DNA of 64,000 nt from Podarcis bocagei (Eukaryota), in NCBI GenBank assembly GCA_964188305.1, contig OZ076888.1; one strand, given 5' to 3'. The position numbers were made by a program, and so were the translations under genes. The notes beneath the pieces are model-generated. The model searched no databases. It saw only the letters and a program-made list of their open reading frames with translations, and was not told the DNA's origin. Positions 54,401 to 64,000 of this stretch are shown here, piece after piece (position 1 is the stretch's first letter; every line of letters starts with the position of its first letter).

Positions 54401-57176
54401 TATTTTCTCCACTTATCTGCATGCAGTGTGTGTATGTTTGTTCGTGTTCTGTCTGCTCTAGTAAGACTCTCTGGGGAAACTGCCTCCCTCTTCTGTGGAG
54501 CTAGATGGATGCCTTTTGGGGGCCCTTCCTTGGAAATGGGAGCTTACGAGTGAGAGGGTCAAGTCCTCTTTAGGAGCGTAGCCCCCTTTCCTACCCCTTG
54601 TGTAACTGGCCACACCACATAAGTGTATCTGACACGATAAGGCTGCACCCACACTATACATTTATTTTCCTCAAACAATCCTGGGAACTGCAAATTGCAT
54701 GCCCCGAGCTACAATTCCCAGCACCCTTAGCAAACTACAGCTCCCAGGATTCTTTGAGGGAAGAAATGGGCTTGAACTGTGGGTGCGACCTTTGAGACAG
54801 AGGAGCTCTGTGGAGCAGGAGGAGGTGTGTGTGGAGGATGGAATCTGGACCGTGGAGTCTTGAGTGTCCCTTGCTGCCTCTTCCAAACCCCTACAGGAGG
54901 GGGCTTGCTGTCTCTAGCCAAGGCTGCAGCCCTGGTGACTGTCCTTTCCCATCTCTCCCTTTGCTCCCTCTTTCGACAGTTTAATGAGGGGTGAAGAAAG
55001 AGGATCCATGGGGGGGGGGGGAAATCCTCTCCCCATGATCAACCCTTCCCACTCAGGCAATATCCATGGCAAAAGCAGAATACCAGGCAGATAAAGGGGA
55101 GATCAATTGGGGAGGGGTTTGAACATGGGGTGGAAGAGACAGACAAGGGAATGGCAGCCCAGGCACTGTGTGTGCCTTTCATCTCTGCATGTGAGGTTCT
55201 GAATTATCCAGAATAAAGGCAGGAGGGGAGGGGAGGGAATGGGAGCTCAACTGGAACAGGGGCTGATCATTAACGCACACACAGACCCCTCCTCATTACA
55301 CACTTACCGTACTTAATGCTGGCTGGAATGCTCCTCATTCCTTCGCAGCAGCAGCAGCCTGACGGTGTCCATTGCTTTGGTTGGGGGTGCAAAGGGAAGT
55401 AAAAAGCTGGAGGGGATGCTAAATAATTCACCAGAATGCAGCACTGGAACGTGCTGTTTAGGCTGGGGGGAAACAAGGGGGCTGAGTGGTTGGATTTATT
55501 GCAGTCAAGCAGGATATTCCCTCCTTGCACCTCTTAAGGCCTTGCGATTCTTTCCGTTTCTTTTCTGCTTTTACGCTTGAAACGGAACGGACAAAGTCTG
55601 TAGGAGAGAGTCAGGACCCTTGAGCCTGCCTTGCAGCTCCTGTGCAATTGCTGTCTGGGCTCCCCCAGAGCCTCTGCTCAAGCCCCTTAGTCTCTGTTCC
55701 TAGCCTCCCTCCAGCCTCCCCCAACCTGGCGCTCTCCAGATGGCTTGGACGACAACTCACGTCAGACCCGGACAAGTACAGCTTGTTGCGGTCCCAAACA
55801 TCTGGAGGGGGAGGAAGGCTGACCTACTGCTCTCCCCACCACCCAATTTGCTGTCTCTTGATCTCCTCTGAGGAATGTCTCCCTCTGTCGCCAGACAGGC
55901 TGGGACGGGGCTTCATGTGTAGGATACTCTTTCAGATTTATGCTTGACTGCAGGGTAACCTAGAAAAGAATGGGGGTGGCATGTGGTGTAAAATGTGAAT
56001 GTGGAAGATTCCTATGAGCATCAGGTGCAGCAGAAACTTGGTGGGCAGGGGGTGCTCCCCTAGCTACCCAGAGAGATGCTAAACCTGAAGTTAAGCAACT
56101 TTGCATAAAAGGCAATACCATGAATATTCTCGCAGCGGGTAATTATAGCAGTTTTATTTAGATGCAGCCCTTTTCCTGGTCTCTTGTGAGGGTAGCATCT
56201 TGTCTCTGGTCAGCATGGTTCAAGACAAGTCCACACCAAGGCACCAAAGCTTTCCTGCTTCTGGGTATCATCTTCTTTGCTCTCGTCTGAGCTCATTATT
56301 GGGCCAGGCATGGGGATATGATCCATCTACCCAGTTCTAAGTGTGGCAGTGCAGTGGGAGCACAACAGTCCTCCCTCCCCTTGAAGTCCTGCAGATTCTA
56401 AGAGTTTCAGAAGCCATATTCCAGGTGCTAAGGCAGGCCTGGTCCGTTGTGTGTCATGAGGATCTCCTACAAGGCAATCCACCCATTCCTATTATCATTT
56501 CTTCTACAAACCAATTAGTCCCCTCAGAGTGAGCCTAATTAGGTCAGGGCCCTGTAGATGCTTCTATGCACAACAAAGCAAGCTTGGTGAACTCAGTTAG
56601 TAGCACCGCGGGACACCTTCTTTAAAAGGGCACCTTCTTTAATGGCATTTCCTTCTCTGGCACCTTAATTACCTTCATTGAAGTTGTTATCATGGCACAG
56701 ACATGGGGAGCTGCTTTGTGAGTACAGAATGAGTGTGCTGCCCACAAGCACGAAACTTGGCTCAGATCTGAAATGCCAGAACACCAGGAAGGGCTACCAT
56801 TCCTGTTTTGACAAGAGGGACCTCAATTGCCACTCACAGTTGGAGCACTACTTCTCATGGTCATCCTACTTCAGAGGTGGGGAATCTTTTTTGGCCAAGG
56901 GGGCCAGATTCTTTATCTGTCTCAGTCTTCCATGGACTAACTTTGACAGGTGGGCAGGACAGCCCATTGAGAGGGTAAGACCTACCCACTCTGTATGGAC
57001 ATAAAGAGGAATACATCTTCCCTGTACCCCACACATAGACTGGCCCCAGAAGTTTTACCGACATCTCTCCTTGAGAAAGAAATGGGATGGGGAACGGTGT
57101 TAGGATTACAAAAGCACTGAAAACTTCCTTCCACCATCTGATGAGAAATCTGACCATTAGATATCTCTAACTTGGC

Positions 57177-57295
57177 AGGTTAGAGTGTGGTGCTGATAAC
57201 GCCAAGGTTGCAGGCTCGGTCCCCATATGTAGCAGCTGCATCCTCCTGGACTGCAGGCGGTTGAACTAGATGATACTCAAGAGTCTATGGTTCTA
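57177..57295 (+). mobile_element. tRNA-Ile-derived SINE with CR1-like 3' tail
   Basis: GGTTAGAGTGTGGTGCTGATAACGCCAAGGTTGCAGGCTCGGTCCCC resembles tRNA-Ile; tail GCAGGCGGTTGAACTAGATGAT...CTATGGTTCTA. Confidence 0.7.
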
Positions 57296-60200
57296 ATCCA
57301 GAGGCGTTACCTTGCCCTGTTGATCCTAGCCAATGAAAGATTTGGGTGTGTACACACTGTACAATAATGTGCATTCAATGATGGATGCCAGTGCCTTTTC
57401 GTAATGCTGCACATTACAATGCCATCCCTGTCCCACACTATATGGCAACCTAAAGCACATTCTACCGGAATGGCTATAAACAGTTTTGTACCAAGAATGC
57501 GCTTCTCAAGTGCTTGCAGCATGCATGTGTGCACAAGAGAGCGCTTTCTCAGGTCACCTGTTGGGACAGGCCTACTTGCTGTTGCAGGGCTGCCTCCCCC
57601 TCATCAAGCTCACCTTGTCTATGAATGAAAGAAGCAAATAGGAAACAGGACAGCAACCTAGCTGTCTCTTTATACTCTTATATTTCTTCTGAATATCATC
57701 ATACCAGCGTTCAGCCCCTCTCTTTCAAAAGGCGGTTAAAAATATTTATTCTTTGAAAAAAGGTCTGTGGAAACACTTAATTGACAGGAGGGGTGTAGAG
57801 AACACTATTGAGCACTAGTCTGAAAACGTGCCCACCTGCACTCAAAATTTGCCAGGCACCAAGCTCATTTTGCACCTGGGTATCAGCCACTTGTGACGAA
57901 GTGAAGGTGCCTGGGCGCTAGGATGTCTCTAGACGTCTCCACCATCTGGAGGCGCATGCCTGGGAATCCTTGGGTCATGACTATTTTCATACACTAGCAA
58001 CATTTCCTGTAGAATTCTATCTGTTATATTTTATCCACACAATCAGAATGAATTTCAGGAACCAAAAGTCGTATTGAAAAATACAACTTTTGAGTTGTCT
58101 AGCCCTAAACAACAACTAGGCGTTCTGTTTTGGTGACTGTAACCCTGGTTTAAGGAGCCATTTGCCACCTAGCTTATATATTTGAGTTTCTAACACTGTA
58201 CAAATAGCACAGATGATAACTGCCACTTTAGATAACATTTGTTGTGTGAAGGTTTGTACAATTGCGAACCGTAATGTACAAAAGCCCACTGTGTGGGGTG
58301 GGCGGTGGGGGGTGGAATCCCTGTGCACTTCAAAGGCTACGTGTGTGTACACAACCATAGAAGAGAGGATTATAGTTGGTTGTTCTGATTTGCTGTAAAT
58401 GTTCAAACTTCCAAGGATCCTTTGTCAAGACAGAGGATTGAAACACAACACAGTTAACTGAACAATGTGGAATGATGTATGTGCAGAGAAATCATTTTGT
58501 CACACAATTTTGGACAAATGATATCTGGTAATTCAATATCTGAAGAGAAAATTACACATTTCAGGGCAAGGTGTACATTTTATGCATTTATTTAGTTAAT
58601 TAGGTGTTCATAATCCATGAAAGGTTTGGATGAAAAATGATGGCTTCTTTATTCACTTTATTATATATTTATACAATCCATCCAAAGATTCTTAATATAT
58701 GCTAAATCTAATATTTAACTGTTAAATGCATCGTAATTTATTGTAATATGCTTATGAAATAAATGATTTTTTTCTTCTCAAACAGAAACAAAAAGCACCA
58801 CCACGTGGGCAGATGTAAAGTATAAATTTGGTAATAATGGATACAGCTGGAAGCAATTCCTGTGATCACAGTGGCACTTTCCCCAGTTGCTGTAATTGCT
58901 GCTGGTTGAATCTGCAAAGGCCTGTTAACATGCTATAATGCCCATGCAGATTCATACTTTGAAAAAGAATGCAGGTGTTTATTCTGAGAAGGAAATGTGT
59001 TGTAGAAATCAGCCCTTAGTCTGATGCGATGAAAAGATGGCTCAAGGCTCAAGGTATGGTGGCACAATTCAGACATCATGCCAGGCCATGCTTAATGAAG
59101 TTTAACCATGGTTTGCCTTGATGTCTGAATTTACAAACTCGGTAGCAGCTTGTGTGGTGGGGAAGAACCATCCTCTTGATGATGGCATTGCTACTGCTTT
59201 ATTTGGTTTGGTGTGGGTTGGCAGTGAGGTTGAGGACATGTGGTTGCATCAGTGGGACTACTGCCACCCATCTCAGACTGCTTCAGCTGCAGCCACACAT
59301 TCCCAATCTCACTGCCTCTCTGTCCTGGCAAAAAGCAACAGCACTAGTGTTAGATGGTGGCTTCAAAGCTCCACCTCAGCATGTACTCGGCTACTGGACA
59401 AACCATGGCTTGTGATCTGCCAGCAACCAGAATCAGAAACAATGATTTGAAGTGGGCTGTTAAACCATGGCCTGGCATATTTATATTTACAAACCATAGT
59501 TACGGTCAACAGTCTGTCTATAGAGAGTTTGCTGCACTGTGGAGACAGGAGTGAACTTAGGAATTTATGAAGCTGTGTGTATGTGTCGGGGTGTGTGTGT
59601 GGGGATAACAAAAGGAGACAAGCATTTCTACATCATGATTTGCTTGTTGTACATTTTGAAGCTTGAACTGCAGTTTGAGTTCTAAACTATGGTAAGCACA
59701 ATCAATGGTTTGGAGTGATATCTGAACGGAACCAATAACTCTTAAGTTGGTTTCCCTTGGTCCAAGTTTTGCATTTTTGCAGCGGAGGAACAATCTTCCC
59801 TAAATGGTGACAAACTGAAAGTTTGACTAAAAATGGCTCTTCACCATTTAGAAAGCTGCTGAGCCTTGAGCAAACACTTCCTAATTTTGGCCATCTATGA
59901 GATAATATTCACTTCCTCTCTACCCCACCCTGCTTTTGCCTGATTTGAAATCCTATATTTCTTGAGTTCTTTGGGCAGTTGCCACTGTTGTCCTGCCTTG
60001 GATATTGCTGGGCAGCTAAAATGTTGCATTGTGCACGTTTTATTTTTATTTTTGAGAGAAATGGCTTCTGATCACTGAAGCTAGATCTCTAGGTGCCGCT
60101 TACATATACAATTTTTTGTTTCTCTTTGACTGTTTCCCAGTGATGAAAATATATGGGGTCCACTCTTTAAAACTGTGTGCCATCATGTTGTCTGTCTTTA

Positions 60201-61766
60201 GAAATAAATAAATCTCAATCTTGTAAAGGTGTGTGTAGGTCAATATTTTGGCAGGAAAGCAATGCATGTGAGAAGCAACAACAATCTCAGGATGTTGTCA
60301 TGCCGTTCGGAACAAACTACATTCTGCAAGATACTAAAACCAAATTAAATTTAGTACCCAGTACCCACACAGATTGACATGCATCGAACCAGGCACAGAA
60401 AATAAAATAATGCAAACATATGCTATTGGCTAAACACTAAGGACCAGATTCAAATGAGTAGTTTTGCTAGCAGGAGCCCTCGCAAGGGCTCCCCCTAGAG
60501 CAGTAGGGCTTTCCACTCTCTCCCTGTGTGCCAACTCCATCAAATCAGTCCTGCGGGGGTCAGGATAATCCATTGAACAGTGTGCAGGGGGAGGAGAGGT
60601 GAGGTTCTTCTGCTGGGCAAGCAAAAATACTTGTGCGGTTGAAATTGGTTTAGTGCAATGTTGAATTCTTCCCTCTTAGGTTGTATTTAAGAAAGTCATG
60701 TTCATTGACTTCAGTGGGTCTTTTCTGAGTAAGAGTAGCATTGAATGCCACCCTAAGCTTTGACTTAGCAGTGCAAAGCTATCCATGTCTACTCAGAAGT
60801 AAGTCCCTTTGAGTTCAGTGGGGCTTAATCCCCAGTGAGTGGACCTAGGAGTGCAGCCTTAGCCACCACTGGCAGGCACAATGGCAGGACACAGATGGTG
60901 TGGGAAGTTACTCAGTCTAGATGTTCTGGTCAGAAGCAGAGCCTGTGACACAGTATTTTTGGTCTTAGAGGTATGGCATGCATGACACATGGTCAGTTGA
61001 CAACTTATCAAGTGAAAAATGAACCCTTGTTCGAAACAAAACCCAAACATTGTGAAAGGCCCAATTCTTTTAAAACCTAAATGGACAGGAGGCAGACCCA
61101 CTGTGCTGTGGTGCTCCCCATGCTGCTTTGGCAGTGGTGGAAAGGAAACAACCAGGCCAATGGGCATGATAGCTTTCCTCTGCGGCATCACCAGCAGAGC
61201 AATGTCAGAATGGGAAGTGGCCATGTTTCAGGCGGCCTGTGCATGCATTTCTTCTCTTTGCATGTTGCCAGAAAGGTGTGGGAAATGACCAGGCTACAGT
61301 GACTCCTATGTCCCCATACTGTTAGGACAGGAATATACATTGAACCATTATTCAGCCCTGGACTGTCTTTGTTCATGTAAATCATCGTGCTGTGTGTACT
61401 TCAAAAGCTTTTCAAGATAAGAAATTCTTCAAATTTCACTGTGATTCACACGGAAGGTGTTTGTCTAACTGAGGCCTGTTCTTGATGCCTTAGAACTATT
61501 GTTCTCTAAATCATGGCAGCCTGCTGAGAGGACTTGAATATTTAAATGTTGAAATGGCCCACATGTGTAAATTAGGTTTTGTACATTCCGGAAATTAAAC
61601 CTCATGTAGAAGAGATGGCCTTGTCAGAACAAAGACTCTCATTTGAAATCGGCCAGGCATACCAAAGGATACCTTTTTGGGATACATCAAATATAGATGT
61701 TCTTTATATAATGCAAGAATAAAAATACACAACAATTCTCTCCTAAAGCTACCTTATGCCATCAAC

Positions 61767-62062
61767 CAGTGATTCCCAATTGGCGGTCTGAGGACCCCAA
61801 TAAGTCTGTGGCACATACCCATCAACTGGCCAGGATATCCCATTTTGGGGCACCATGCTCTTGTATGGCTCACATGACTCATGTGGGAATGTAGTCTGGA
61901 AGACCCACGATCCGGTTTTGCGTTAGGATGTCTTGGAGGGTATGGTGGCACCATTCACATTACAGAAACTATCACAGAGAGATCAGCATTTTCAAAAGTA
62001 GGGGTTCCATGGCTTGGCTTATGAAAAACGGGGGGTTCTCTGTACTTAGTTGGGAACCACTG
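61767..62062. mobile_element. Older hAT MITE
   Basis: TIRs CAGTGATTCCCAA/TTGGGAACCACTG; imperfect 8-bp TSD CCATCAAC/CCATAGAC. Confidence 0.7.
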
Positions 62063-62369
62063 CCATAGACAATTAAGCACGTAGGTTCTTCTGCCCTGTC
62101 CACATATCTGTGTTATGTATCTTCTGAACTCATCCCCATTCTGTCCTGTGTTACACTGAATGTATCCCTCTGGAGCACGTGGCCTCAGTGCAAAGTCCAG
62201 GGATGCGGTGGGCACTCTGTAGAGCCCCCCAAAAGAAAAGCGGGTGGCAGTGATGGGCAGGTAGCAAGGCAAGCATCCGAGGGATGAAAAATGACTGCTG
62301 ACCAGGGCAATTGCCCCAGTCTGCCTAATGGAAGGGATGGCCCTTTGGAAGTGCCATGATGCTGCTAAG

Positions 62370-62458
62370 CTTACCACAGGCACCTCGTTGGCCACCATCA
62401 GCACAGAATGCTGGACTCGACAGGCCTTTGGCCTGATCCAGCAGGGACCTTCTTATGA
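62370..62458 (+). mobile_element. CR1 3' tail fragment
   Basis: CACAGGCACCTCGTTGGCCAC...GCTGGACTCGACAGGCCTTTGGCCTGATCCAGCAGGG...TTCTTATG. Confidence 0.6.
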
Positions 62459-63549
62459 TCTCACTTCATGTTTTCTCAAGAGTTTAAAACTGAGCAGCCT
62501 CTTCCCCAAGATTCACACCTGTCACTTCCATAGTCTAGCGAAGCTCTCTTTCCTACCCTTTCCTCTTGTCTTGTATCCCTGCTTCATGGCATGCTGCTTG
62601 TGCAATATGTGCGCTGCCACAGCCATCCCCTGATCTAGGCAACAGTTGCAGTATGTTCCCGCTCTCCCTTTTTGTCAGAGTAAAGCTGTCTCTTACCGTG
62701 CAGCTTCACCGATCCCCGTATGTTCCATTCCAAGTTGCTTGCTGTTTGAATAGTGAAAGGCTGCTGCAGAGACTTTGAGGGTTGAGTGTCTCCTTAATCC
62801 AGCATCTCTGGATGGATTAGGCAAGAAATCCACAGAGTGTAGGATGCTGCTCAAAAGGGAAGCATGGGAAGTAAAATTGGAATGGTAAAAAACTGCCTTC
62901 TGCCCACATTTAATGCCAGCCGTGCTGTACAGAGCAGAATGGCAGGTGTGGCGCTGGAACAAACCCAGAAGTGTTTCGCAGCTTTGGCAGCTATCAGACT
63001 CCAGCCTGCAACCTAAAATATAGAAATAAGGTGGTTTTTTTGTGTGTGTGTGTATAGAGAGAGGGGAGTGTGAAGGCTGAGCATGCTTGGATAGCATTTA
63101 GCCTCCCAGATGATTGAGGTTTCTGGCCCTTTCCTCATATTGCTTTGGAACTGGGCACAGGATTGCCAATGGCATGCCAGCCGCCTAGGGATTAAGCTGG
63201 CATCAATTCTAAACAAGCCGCTTGGGGGCAAGAGTTGGTTGAGGTGCATTGGGCTCCCGCTTTGCTAGCACTGCCACAGCCCGCAAGTTCTGAATTTCTG
63301 TGCTTGTTAGTATTGTGCGCCTAGGTAAATGGATCAGATTTCAAGGGAAATCTTTCCTCATTTTTCCCTTCTGTTGCTTTGTGGTACTACTGGGGAGGGG
63401 GAGAGTTTGTATTGCAATGGTTAGGAGCCAAGAGAAAGTCCCCTTTCCCGGTATTCGCTCACATATGTTCACATTGATGTATTGCAGTAAGCTAGGCATC
63501 GCAAGTAGCAAATGAATAACAGGCCCTCTGGTTTCCTATTGGACTTTAT

Positions 63550-63602
63550 GTGAGTGAGTGAATGAGTGAGTGAGTGAGTGAGTGAGTGAGTGAGTGAGTG
63601 AG
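63550..63602. repeat. (GAGT)n tetranucleotide microsatellite
   Basis: Directly visible. Confidence 0.9.
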
Positions 63603-64000
63603 ACAGACGGACAAGGCAGGCAGGCAAGTACATCTAGCTTATCTAGCTGAAATGGGAGTTCAGATCCCACCAGGGAGCTTCCTAGCTTGGCAGAAGGTGC
63701 TCCCGTGTTGAAACAGCGTGGTAGGCTTGTGGTGGATCACACTGGCAGTCATGTTGCATTTCCTTTCCTTCAGATCCTTCCCTGGGTTGTGGGGAATTTG
63801 CAATTCTATTCCAGTTTCTCCCTTCAGCTACTTCCCAGGCAGATGCTGTCTATGCATTGCCATGGCAACGCTGTGTTCGCCTCTCCATGGAATTGCATGC
63901 TGGAAAAATATTAGTTTAAAAACTATGCAGTGTTTGTATTGATGGAAGCCGAGGTTGTTAGCAGGGATGGATCATCCCAGGCATGAAGGAAGCCCCAATA

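Noticed and set aside
52674-54422. Many 100-194 aa ORFs on both strands around SLIT1 exon 1
   Set aside because: CpG-island and dinucleotide-repeat artefacts; only 53532-53728 matches a known protein
53729-64000. SLIT1 exon 2 (72-nt LRR exon, ELNGNNITRI-like)
   Set aside because: Not found by eye; probably beyond the window end
1-64000. CRISPR arrays, operons or prokaryote-type defence systems
   Set aside because: Spliced vertebrate locus; no regularly spaced repeat-spacer structure seen

Overview
Vertebrate (squamate) genomic DNA. A near-consensus Sauria SINE with an (ACCTTT)n tail points to a lizard, most likely a lacertid. Three + strand protein-coding genes occur in the mammalian order: the last 27 coding exons of RRP12 (1-14969), a complete 12-exon ARHGAP19 (17472-35297), and the CpG-island promoter plus first coding exon of SLIT1 (53532-53728), followed by part of SLIT1 intron 1. 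Exons were placed by GT-AG sites, phase continuity and recalled similarity to the human proteins. The rest is TE-rich: a young 5'-truncated L1-clade LINE with 20-bp TSD, L2/CR1 fragments, Sauria and other tRNA-derived SINEs, hAT and Tc1/mariner-type MITEs, and microsatellites. Most notable: (1) an in-frame TGA inside ARHGAP19 exon 11, 45 nt before the last junction, cutting off an open 34-codon tail that ends in a PDZ-type motif (ESSI); (2) no FRAT1/FRAT2 ORF in the ~2 kb between RRP12 and ARHGAP19, where mammals carry them; (3) SINEs joining different tRNA heads (Asn, Ile) to the same CR1-like tail. I see no evidence for a wholly new multi-gene system, and most short ORFs in the track are spurious.
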